A stretch of 64,000 nucleotides of DNA from Eledone cirrhosa (taxonomy: Eukaryota): the NCBI GenBank assembly GCA_964016885.1, contig OZ024743.1, positions 61,752,001 to 61,816,000 on the forward strand. The letters are read 5' to 3'. The notes beneath the pieces were generated by a model, which saw nothing but the letters and a program-made list of their open reading frames with translations, was not told the origin of the DNA and searched no databases. The translations under genes and the position numbers were made by a program. Below are positions 52,290 through 64,000 of this stretch, one piece after another. Numbering within the stretch: the stretch's first letter is position 1; every line of letters starts with the position of its first letter.

Positions 52290-55200
52290 CACATGAATCT
52301 ATTTGGAATCTCATAAAAAATAATGGCAAGGCAGATATATATGAAAAGTGGCTAAACTCTACCCACTCAACCTCCTCAAAAAATTCCTAATAAAACCCAT
52401 CCCGAATGAATCAGAAAACCAACAAATTTTAGGGAAAAGATGGCCTTAGAAAAGTTTAAAATAGAAATAGAACTGCTGCGATTAAGAGCCAACTCCACCG
52501 AAGAAAAATTCAAGTCACTCGACCAACAGATGGAAACAGAAATCTCAAAGCACACTGAAGGCCTACTATATGAAAAAACCTTAAAACTTTGGAAAGAAAA
52601 TTGTGAGGATGAAGAACTAACATCCCTCCAGCGATGGGAAAAAAACGCCACCTGGTTCAACAACTACAAAATGGATTTCAAAAATGAACAACATACAGGT
52701 AACCCATTTTTAAAACAAACTAAAACTCACACACCACACTCATAACGAATAAAAAAAAAAGTAAGAAAACGCTCAACAGACCCCCAGCAAAGCTATGACG
52801 ATAATCCCAGAACACATAGAACCCTACTAAAAAAAAACGAATGTCCCCCAACACAAGACAGGACCCGATCCGCAGATCACAACCCACACAAAACCTATTC
52901 CAAAGCCGTAGAGCCCAACCCAAACAGAACCTGTTCCAAAATCATAGATCCAACCCACACAAAGGAACAAAATTTACAACCCGGACCATCAACAAACCGA
53001 ACCTCAATACGTCCGAAACCTCTATACAAGACCACACAACAGGGGAAATGCCATTAGTTATAATAATACCCATGAAAAAACAATTCAGAAAAATCATTTT
53101 TTAGACCAAGGCTACAGGACCCACGACACCCGGTGGCAAAAAACGATTTTGAAAAACCCAAAATAATCAATCTTTCAAATACAAACTTCTCAGCCCAACT
53201 AATTAAAATTCTCTCCAAAGGACTGAAATTCACACCAACACCACAATACTCTAACCTCAATGAGATAAATGACGATATCTCACACTTCTGTAGAAAATTA
53301 CGTCTCACATAGGAATTTTTTGACAAGGAGAATAACGACCAATCAATTGTACGGAATAAAAGCAGCTACAACATATCAAAGGGTAGGAACAGAGTTCTGG
53401 ACAAATTTGTTGACCACATAGCAACTTTTCCATACCATGAACTACCGCAACCTAAACCCAAATCCAACACGAGTCGAAGGGAATGGGAGATTATCCCTGA
53501 ACTAAAAAACAACACTGACATTGTAATTAAGGAAGCGGACAAGGGAAGTACTGTCGTCATTATGGATGCTGAACAATATAAAAATTCTATGTTCTCTCTC
53601 TTACAAGACACTAACTACTATGAAAGAGTAAAAACTACCAGCAATCAAAAACGATGACCAGATTAAATACATTCATTTGTCGATACAGGGAAGACTTAAC
53701 TAAAAACGAACGTGATTATTTAACACATTTTGAATACAAAACCAGGAACCTTTACGGACTTCCGAAGATCCACAAGTCTAAATAATTAACGATGCCTGTA
53801 AATAATCCACCTCAACCTGCGTGAACATACACTACCGCACTGACCTTAAATTAAGACCAATTGTAGTGGGCCCATAATGTGAAACACACAGACTAAGCAA
53901 CTTTATAGACATACTACTAAAACTAATTCTCAAACACATGCCAAGACTTGTAAGAGCCGATTGGACCTTTTAAACCACTTACCCAAACATGTCAACAACG
54001 ACACTATTATTGTGTCTTTCGATGTAGTGAATCTCTACACAACGATCCCACACCAATACGGACTAGAAGCAATAGGATTCTGGCTAGAAAAATATCCCAA
54101 TGAGATACCTGACAGAATAGAAAAAAGCTTCATCACCAAGGGATTAAAATCTATTTTACAGAACACCTTTTTTTATTTCGATGGCAGTACTTACAAGTAA
54201 ATATCGGGGACTGCGATGGGTGCAAAAGTCGCTCCAACTTGTGCTAACTTAGTCATGGCATACTCGGAAGTCCAGATATATAAACACTCCAAATCAAAAT
54301 ACGGATTGAACTTTCACAAATGTTTATCAGAGAATTGTAAACGCTACTTGGATGATTGTCTAATTCTTCGGTCTCACACACTCGACCAACTAAATGATTT
54401 CAAATATGTAATTACCGCCATTAATAACCACATCCAATTCACAATGGAATACTGCCAAGATAAACTCCCATTGCTGGACATCTTAATCATAAAAAAAGGA
54501 CACACATATTGAAACTCACATACACTACAAACCAACAGATTCCAAACAATACCTGCTATTCACCTACAGCCATCCAAAGCACGCGAAGACGAACATCCCT
54601 TTTAACCTAGCAAGAAGAATTTGCACATGTCTCCAATTATGAAACGCGAAATAAAAGACTTCAAGAATTAAAGGAAATTCTACTCGAAAGACAGTATCCA
54701 CCATTACTAATAAATAATGGAATAGAAAGGGCTAAAGCAATAGGCATTGATGAATTACGAAACCAGAAACAAATTCAAGGTACGCCAAATATTCTATCAT
54801 ATATCTCAACACACAACCCAAGAAATGCGGAAGCTTACAACATTATTCACAAGAACATCCCACTACTAAAACAAGACCCAAGAATGAAAAAAGCCCTTGA
54901 AACACACAAAATAATCAAAAGCAAAAGACAACCGAAATCACTAAAAACATTACTCACCAATGTCAAATTACCTACCACAAACTCACAACCAACTGGCAAA
55001 AAATGTGGTCGCTCTAATTGTGGAACCTGCACTCACCTCATTGAAGGCAACATGTATACATTTCAATCAGAACAAAATTTTGTTGTAAAAAATCACTTCA
55101 CTTGCTCATCAACAAATTTAATTAATGCCATTAAATGTAAAGGATGCAATGAAGATTATATAGGACAAACTAAACTCACAGAAACAGAATGACAATTCAT

Positions 55201-56484
55201 CGCCAACAATTACGAGACCCTACCACAAGACAGATACCTCTCAGTGCACATCTAGACATATGCGCAAGGGATAAGACACCCAAATTCCAAGTCTTCCCAT
55301 TTTATTTTTGCGCTGACAATACAACAGAACAAATACGAATAAATAAGGAAAATATGTTTATTCAAAAATATAGAGCAGCATTAAATATAGTTTAATATAC
55401 ATTATGTTAACACCATAACATACTAAACATCCAAACAGACACATACATACACACACACACACATAACACCTATATTCGAAAATAAAAACCAGAGCTAAAT
55501 AAACTTTAACATACGTTAATACTCTAACACCTTAACATGCTAACCACACCCCCACACACACATAACTCCCTCCCCCATTCTACTAACGGAATCATTTTCC
55601 TACACACACACATAAATATATATTCTCTCCGTCTTAACATGTTAACCAGACTCCCACACACACACACACACACACATATAACAGCCATACACACACATAT
55701 AACTCCCTCCGTCATTTCTACTAATAGAATCATCTTCCTACACACATAGACATACACACACACACACCAGCACACAAATACAAATACATATCTCTACTTT
55801 CTTTATTTCAATAGAAAGTCAGAATGTTTACACCCCAGCACATCAACCAATCTCACTGAACCAGAACAATTCTCCCCATCCCTTTTTTCTTTACCTTTAT
55901 CTTTTGTTTGGCACAAAATTCTCTAAATGGCTACAAAAAAATTCCCAAATACAGGCGCGATATTTAATGTACTTGTTCACGTGACAGTCATAGTTTCATT
56001 TTATAACCAATCAAATTACATTTATGAAAAAAACCTTCTTGAACCACTTTTTTTTAAATAAAAAGAAATTCAAACACAGACTGGCGCGAAAGTTGATGTG
56101 CTTATTCACATGACTGCATCACCCAACCAAATTTCACTCATATATGAAAAAACAATCTGAGCCCCCCCCCCCCCCCACACCTTTTTTTTTAAAGGTAAAT
56201 ATAATAAAAACTTTGTAACGCGAATTGGCGCGAAATTTATTATATTTATTCACATGACAGTCATCAACAAACCAAATTACTTTTCTAAAAACGTAGCATT
56301 TCGAGCCACTATTTTCCATATAAAACAGAAGTAACATTCAAACACCAACCAGATGCGAGAAAAACCACAAACCCTCCATCTCAATTCTACTTTTGAAAAG
56401 CACAAGCACTGCGAAACTGGTAAAGAAAACAAATAAATATGTTTAAAAAGACTGCAGTTGCATTTTCGATTTCATCTTTTTTCT

Positions 56485-56488
<4 letters not shown>
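52290..56488 (+). mobile_element. Near full-length degenerate PLE (A-rich sense strand), flanked by (TA)n
   Basis: IINLS, LSKGLKFTPTP, VIKEADKGSTVVIMD, YGLPKIHK, LRPIV, SFDVVNLYTTIPH, GTAMGAKVAP, RYLDD, GIY-YIG (CGRSNCGTC...NLINAIKCKGCNEDYIGQT); HHR motif at 56390-56425. Confidence 0.9.
56390..56425 (+). ncRNA. Minimal hammerhead, U3-A8 variant, in PLE tail
   Basis: ctt TTGAAAA gca caagcac tgc GAAA ctgg T A aag. Confidence 0.6.
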
Positions 56489-56519
<31 letters not shown>

Positions 56520-56522
<3 letters not shown>

Positions 56523-57246
56523 AAACAAATTATAAACGTAAACATGTAAGTATGTTTTTGAAACGGTGCGCGAGTTTGAAATTAGAAATTAGAAATTATA
56601 AGCCTTCACCGTATTTTAGACTAAAGAAATTTCTAGCCTGATAGTGGGGTTTATAACCCTCGGAGAAATGGAAAAAAAGATGAGTGTTGCCGTACATGGG
56701 AGCCGAACCCACATCTTTGATTATCCAGAACACTGTGCTACCATTACACTAATACACATCCCATCTCCTCCCATTCGAATTAGAAGCTATGAACTTAGCA
56801 AGTGAATGATAAACAAGCAAATTATAAACGTAAACATGTTTTTGAAACGGTGCGCGAGTTTGAAATTAAGATGTGGGTTCGACTCCCATGTACGGCAACA
56901 CTCATCTTTTTCGATTTCTCCGAGGGTTATAAACCCCACTATCGGGCTAGAAATTTCTTTAGTCTAAAATACGGTGAAAGCTTATAATTTCTAATTTCTA
57001 ATTTCAAACTCGCGCACCGTTTCAAAAACATACTTACATGTTTACGTTTATAATTTGCTTGTTTATCATTCACTTGCTAAGTTCATAGCTTCTAATTCGA
57101 ATGGAAGGAGATGGGATGTGTATTGGTGTAATGGTAGCACAGTGGTCTGGATAACCAAAGATGTGGGTTCGACTCCCATGTACGGCAACACTCATCTTTT
57201 TCCATTTCTCCGAGACATTTCTTTAGTCTAAAATACGGTGAAAGCT

Positions 57247-57250
<4 letters not shown>
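56520..57250. mobile_element. ~290-bp unit containing a tRNA-like sequence; permuted partial tandems in both orientations, in (TA)n
   Basis: Minus block 56520-56867 joined to plus block 56868-57250; each is slightly more than one unit. Confidence 0.75.
57117..57187 (+). pseudogene. tRNA-like sequence (A box TGGTGTAATGG, B box GGTTCGACTCC; loop CTGGATA), imperfect acceptor stem; minus copy at about 56687-56758
   Basis: D, anticodon and T arms fold; the acceptor stem pairs at about 5 of 7 positions. Confidence 0.6.
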
Positions 57251-57279
<29 letters not shown>

Positions 57280-59868
57280 GTAGAACACTGGAGGGTAATA
57301 TCCGTAGTGGTAGAGCACTCAGTCCATGAAACGGGCTGAAGATGTGCTAAGGTGAAACAATTGTTCTCGGTATGGTGAACTAACTATTGTGTTACTATTT
57401 CTATATATATTTATACCATTTTGTTATATAGCAATTTATGAACAATAGCGTCAGTTGTTATTAATTCCCATTGAAATAATCATTGTTTCACAACATTTCT
57501 GACTACAAAAGGGACTAGAGAGTGGCTAAATCGTTGGTTTTGCAGTATATATAAACACATGCACGAGTAGAAGACGACTTTGAATTTTTAGTTCTCAAGA
57601 TATTCCAGTAACGGATGTTTGATACTTAACCTCTTTTACGGATGTATATATATGTATGTATTTTATTTACGGTAGTAAATTCATGTTTATAATAGTAAAA
57701 ACAATTTAATAGAAAAAGAAAAAGAATTACGGATTATAACAGTAATATTATAACAGGGAAAAATCGTCTTATGTTGCTGATTGTGAAATTACAGTGAGCT
57801 CGAAATGTTATTGACAAACTCTTCATTTACCTGAATATTTAATAATGTGTGTGTGACTGTCTGTTTGTGTGAAAACATCACAAATAGTATAAAGGAGCAG
57901 GTGTGATATGTGCCTTACGCTGTGATTGAACCTATCCCCAAATGGTTATAAAGCGACAACGACTTCAAGAGAGAAAAATCTTAAATGTATAAACCGCGGA
58001 TATTACATGACTACAACATGTAACTATAAACATCAACTTAGAATATCTTTTTCTAAACCTATGCTAAATTATTCTACTTTGTGCCTCACAAAATCGAGAC
58101 TATTTCTTTATCATCATCATCGTCGTCGTCATTACCGTCGTTTTCATCATGACACTTCGATTTAAGATTTATGATTGAATTAAAATTTAATTTATTTCAT
58201 GAAATATTTATAATTATTTTCGTACACACCATACACTTTGAACATGCACGCATGCACAGACGCACATATACAGAGAGAGAAATAGGTAGGTAGGTTGGCA
58301 GACAGGCAGACAGGTTGGTAGATAGATATATATATATATAGATAGGTAGAGGCAGATAGATAGACAGTTAAGTCGGTAAAAAGATAAAGATATGTATATT
58401 GGTATACTCTCCGTGTAAACGATTGATAACTTGTTCTTAAACATTTCCTCTGTGTTTTACAACCACAAATTTACGTGCTTCGTGTATTTGTTTTTAATTC
58501 AGGCAGCAATTATTTGAAGAAGGAAAGAAAATTGCAAACTGCAAACCATTGTATATTATAAAAGAAACACAGTCCTTCTATGTATCACAGCACCATGTTA
58601 TCTTCATAAATATTGGCAGCTGTTTTTTTTATATATTTATTAGATGCCTGAGGTCTCAACGGCGACCGGGGCGAAACGTTGGCGGCTCGTCTGAGGAAGG
58701 AACCCCGCGATATTTTGGGGTGACTGTTGCAGCGGGTGTCCATTCCCATTGTCCGCGGTAACTCTTTTGCGGTCTTGTTCGCGGGCTGCAACCCCTTTAC
58801 TGCTGCCCACACCCAAGACCCAGAGCAGCTCAATCATCCCCCCCCCCATTCTTCTATGACAATAGAGTCCTTGCCATTCCCCTACCTTTCCGGTTTTTCT
58901 TTTTCTCTTTTTTCTGTTTTTTCTTTATATTTTCCTATTTTACATTACAATCTTTTCAATCTAATTTTTTTTTCCTTTTCTATTAAACTGTATTTGCATG
59001 ATATATTCCATAAATAAAATTACCCCAGTAACCTTTATTAGACTAATTCGGTATTAGGCTGTGCCCTTGGTCTTGAGGAATTGCTATCTCCTTTGACTGG
59101 TGAATGAGGTTGTACCCTTGGTCTGGGGGTAGAAGCTTTGTCCTTTGTCTGGCCGATGACGTTGCACCCTTGGTCTGGAAGGAGAGGCTGTGTCCTTGGC
59201 TTTCTTGGAGCTTGAAAGACCGGTAGGAGTGATTCCGCTAATGTCCCTCTTGAATAGTCGCAAGCTGATAGCTGCCGAGAAATGTTTAAAGAAGAGATTC
59301 AAAGGAGCTGGAATTCTGGAAAAGAAAGACTAGTTGTAGTGATTAGTGTGGAACCTGGGAGAGGAACACAATATGTGTGACGAGCGAAGGAACGATAAGT
59401 CAGTCAGGCATGTCTTTATGAATGTAGCACGAGACAAGCTAGAACCAAGAAGCACAGGTCACAGTTGTAGCAGTAGAAAAGGCAGTATAAGTCAAGTGGT
59501 TGAGGTGTGATTATGAATGACTGTGTGCCAATTAGTCAGGTGACGTCCGTTGGGATCCCTGTCTGGATCCAATTTCAGAACAATGTTACCTCAATAGGGC
59601 CTCATAAGACTTCCACAATATTTCCCTAGACTAACTTTATTCAGAAAACATCGGTCAATCTCAAGCTAAATAGATGTTTGCTCAAGTTTCGATAATAATG
59701 TGCAGAAGAATAGAATCCAGACGTGACTGCGAAGCGAACCCTTGACAATAGTGGAATGCTTGTCAAGGCTTCAATATGAATATTTTCTACTAGTACTGAT
59801 AAGTATGTTTAAAGGTGTGATAGCCTACTTTTCATTTTGTAAGTAACCTCTACATATTTCATTAAAAT

Positions 59869-59945
<77 letters not shown>

Positions 59946-61161
59946 ATTGCGTGTGTGTGTGTTGGAACAAGTAAAGAATTTATTGTATTTTGCGTGTATA
60001 TATGTGAAGTATTTTTGTGCACACGGAAGGTTAAAACAAATTGAAGTAAGCAAAGAGCTTATACCTAATTGGTTGACTTCAAGATAATTTGACCGGTAAA
60101 ATAACGTAATGTCGACAGATGTCGTTTTTGTATGTCGACATTATTTCCTTTTAACTTTCCTTAACAATCTGTCATTTATAACGGATAGAATCTTTACTGA
60201 AACATTCGCTCTTAAGAGAAATGTTCGAAAATATCTCTATGGAACAATATATTTTACTCAAAATCGTTTAGTCTTAGGGTATTTTGGGCTCCCTGTCAAA
60301 ATTCCTCTCTACACTGCTTCTCATTTGAAACTCATCCGATTTTTGTTCTCTTTTTGTTGCAATGATATCAAAACCGTTATCAGTTATTTAACAGATTCTT
60401 ATCCCAGGCTGTATGTCAACGGTAAGTGTGTATGCATGTGTGTGTGTGTTTATGTATATTCTTGTGTGTATATGTGTGTAATTATAAGCCTGTGTTTCTT
60501 TCTATATGTCTATATGCGAGTTTATATATGTATGCGGAAGAGATAGAAATGAGAAAGAAAAGGTGAGTGTGTGGAAAGAGAGAGAAAGAATGACAAGGCA
60601 TTGAGCATATGTTGCTAATAAAATTAAATGTTCCCTCATTAGCAATCTGGTTTCTGTGGAGATTGAGCTGGAACCAAGAAATAAAAGAAAGAAAACAAGA
60701 GAAAAGTTGTTTTCTAAAATTGAATTTTTGTGGGCGTTTTGTGGAGGCTTTATTGTTGTTTGTTAACCATAGAAAAGGATTTAAAAAAAAAGAAATAAAG
60801 TCCCCCAAAATCTCTCTCTCCCTCTCTCCCCCTCTCTCTCTCATCGCAAATTGTGATCATTCACCCGAGATAATTCTCAGGAGTTTTGGGTGGTTTTGTT
60901 ATTCTTATTGTTGTTTTTTTTGTTATTCATTCTTTCAAATACTTTCACCGTATTTAATCCCACCATATCCCAATACAACATTCTATTTCTGTTCTTTCTT
61001 CATCTTCCCTGACACTGGATTACTACACGAGTAGAGCATCAAACAAAATACCTTGCCGTATTTACTTATGTTCCTTTCCGTACTCAGTTCAAATCCCGCC
61101 GAAGCCAACTTTGTTTTTCAATGCTACAGGATATATCTCTAAATTTTTAACCAACACACAA

Positions 61162-61218
<57 letters not shown>

Positions 61219-62816
61219 CATCGTCTGTATATATATATATATATGTGTGTGTAGGTAGGTAGGTATATATGCAATATCTTCAGTTCCTTCTTTAATTGTT
61301 CAGAGACACTGTTTATTAAGTTTAAGTTAATGTTATAACGATTATAATGTAAACTTACAAGCTAGTTGGATTATTAAATTAATGTTACATTAAGAGGTTT
61401 CTGTTTCAATACTATACTGTACTACTGAGTATATCTGTATGTCATGGCTTATGTCATTACTTTTGTTGTTGATGTAGCTGTTGCTTGCTTTTAGACGTAT
61501 CAAGCCTTGACTTACAACATATTAGTCCGTTAACGCTCGCCATATTCTATGATTAATTTGAAAGATTTTTGTACCAGCCCAAAGAAGAGATTGCTAGAAT
61601 ATCCAATATCAACTCTCCTAAATTTATTGAGTGCTTTTAGAATAATTCCATCTATTTCAATCATTGGGGCTAAGACTTCTTTGCTCCTACTGATCTAGGA
61701 GGGCCTTTAAAATGAATTATTTCTCTTCTGACTAAACCATCAAGAGAAAGAATAAACGTGCCACCGAAAATCGAACTCACGAACTTTTGATCGTGAAGTA
61801 AATAAACATCCTAACAACACATGCCATGTACCTTCACTATAAATCTTGATAACCTGGCCTGAACCATCTATATAAGAAACACAAGATCAATCGAAGCAGG
61901 ATTCCTAGTTGTGAATAGAGCTTGTAACTGGGTTTGGCAAGTTCACCTGATGTGAAGGATGCAGAATCTAAATGTTTCTGTACTTGACCATCGTATGCCT
62001 GTGAAGAATATGTCACCCTGTTTAACAACACCCCCACCACTTGAATTCCTTGGTTGCCTCTAGCTGAGTCCATCTTGTTGAAAACATTCGCACCAGGGAA
62101 TGTGCCCGCGGAAAAAATCCACGTTTCCACCCACCGTTCTCGGAGGCCCTGATTAATTTATGAAATATTTAAAAAAAAACATTTAAAACCCTTGATATTT
62201 AGCTTCGACCATATGGAAGAATTTATGAAACTTCGAAACTTTCTCAACAGTTATAGATTAATAAATGATAATGTTAAAATCATCCACGAGGCCCTGAATC
62301 GCTGATGGCACCATAGGAGCGTTGTCATGATACACGTCATGTTTTAGGAATGTTTAAACCTGGTTTAGTTAATCCCTGTCCCGGTCGTAGCGCAGCCGAT
62401 TCCTTCCAGTGTAAAGAGAGGGGATACCAGTGCTGGGCTGGTAGTTTACATTTACTAGTAGACAGCGAAAGGATAAAAAGAAAAGTTGACCTCGGTGAAG
62501 TTTGAACTCAAAGCGCAGAGCTGAAACGAATATCGCGAAGTATTCTATCTGTCATTCTAACGATTCTGCCAGTTCACCTTCTATTAAGCACATCAACAGC
62601 TGCATAATTATTTTTGACGTCGAGAGGGTGGTCCTTCATCTCCTGCTGCTCAAACACAATGATAAATTAGACAATCACAACAGATTATATTTTCATTTCA
62701 TTAAATCTACGTTCTACTACAAACTGACAGTCAACAACACTAACACAAAACATGAACATCACCTTCAACAACAACAAAAGCAGGAACATTCCTTTCTGTA
62801 ATTCAACAAATACACG

Positions 62817-62859
<43 letters not shown>

Positions 62860-64000
62860 GGCGGTGAGTGTGAAAGAATGATATAACTCTGTTGGTTGCT
62901 GAGGGGCTCCACTTCAAACTAACAAACTGTCAATGTTATAATGCTGCTACTTAGAATGGGACGTTGTATAGGGCCTCCGTCGGTTATCTACCAAACAGCC
63001 TACTTGTGAAATTTATGGGCAAATGGCTGTGTATTCTGCAAACACGTGTACCCTTAATATTATTCTTAAAAGAGAAGATTCATCCCTTCACTCTGTGTGG
63101 AAAGTTTGGCCCTTTGAGTCATATATTTATAGGTAAGTTAATTGGGCTGTTTAAAAGTTGTCCATTTCCTCATATATTTTACTCAGTAAATATACTGATT
63201 TCTTTTCGAAAATGCTTAGTTCAGAGGTCCTGTTATATCCATGATCATTTTCTGTGCTTCTGAGACAAAAGAGTGATAAAGGGTGAAAAGTCCGAATGCT
63301 TATAACAGAGTTGATTCATGAAAGGCATCTAAGGACAGGAGGTGGTGTTAAAGCGAGCGACAGATGAATTACTAATTCTAATGTAATTCAAGTTGATAAT
63401 ACAGTGAGTGTCACTAGCTGTTCTCTGCGATAATGCATTCGCCATCTTGTCCGTGGGACGCAGCTATGTTAAACCACATATACATGTGTCGTGTCTGTCC
63501 CTCCCTTCCATTTCCCTTACTTTCCTTATTTAATGTTTTTATTGCAAAAACTATATATTTTAATTGAAATAAAATTAATTAGAACATTTTGGATATATAT
63601 ATATATATATACTAGTATCTGATTTTATTGCTACTGTTGAGCTCTCATCAACATTAATTCAACACAACTATGAACAAACATATTCCAGCCCTGATCATTT
63701 CGCCCTTTAAAAGATAGATAAGACTGCATTATCTAATGTGTCCTCTTTTGTAAGACGATATGGTGTGAGTTGAAGGAAATTCAGCTACTACTTTGTGTAC
63801 ATCATGCGACCACCTAGAATCTCCCATTTTGGCTCTATTATTTAGTTTATAGTATTGCTGTTGGCGATTCGAGAACAAAGGCTCATGCATAGTTTTGAGT
63901 AATTATCATTAACAAGAAGTCAGGTACTAAGTGCAAGATCAAATGATCATAATATAAGATCAATAAGACGAAGTATCCAGCTAGACTCAATCAACACTTG

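Noticed and set aside
57117-57187. Functional tRNA with GGA anticodon
   Set aside because: Mismatched acceptor stem, no long variable arm for Ser, and embedded in a repeat.

Overview
AT-rich, repeat-dense eukaryotic (invertebrate) genomic DNA; the SINE families and (TA)n/(CA)n load suggest a mollusc, plausibly Octopus (inference). No intact host gene is evident and most long ORFs in the track are microsatellite artefacts. The window is mostly decayed transposable elements: Tx1/L1-like LINE pieces, four mariner relics (one with both TIRs), a Chapaev3-like element with TIRs and a 3-bp TSD, hAT, CRE and putative Sola2 relics, many tRNA-derived SINEs, and at least four Penelope-like elements (PLEs). 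Many short non-coding modules sit in (TA)n tracts and carry type I hammerhead ribozyme (HHR) motifs, including U3-A8 core variants. The main finding is a 65-nt minus-strand RNA motif in two diverged repeat families (30152-30216; 38262-38326 and 38834-38898). It has three helices with five compensatory base-pair changes, a k-turn-like internal loop and all three HHR core segments, but in a non-circularly permuted (pseudoknotted) order with no evident stem II. It is a candidate new ribozyme architecture; activity and novelty are untested.
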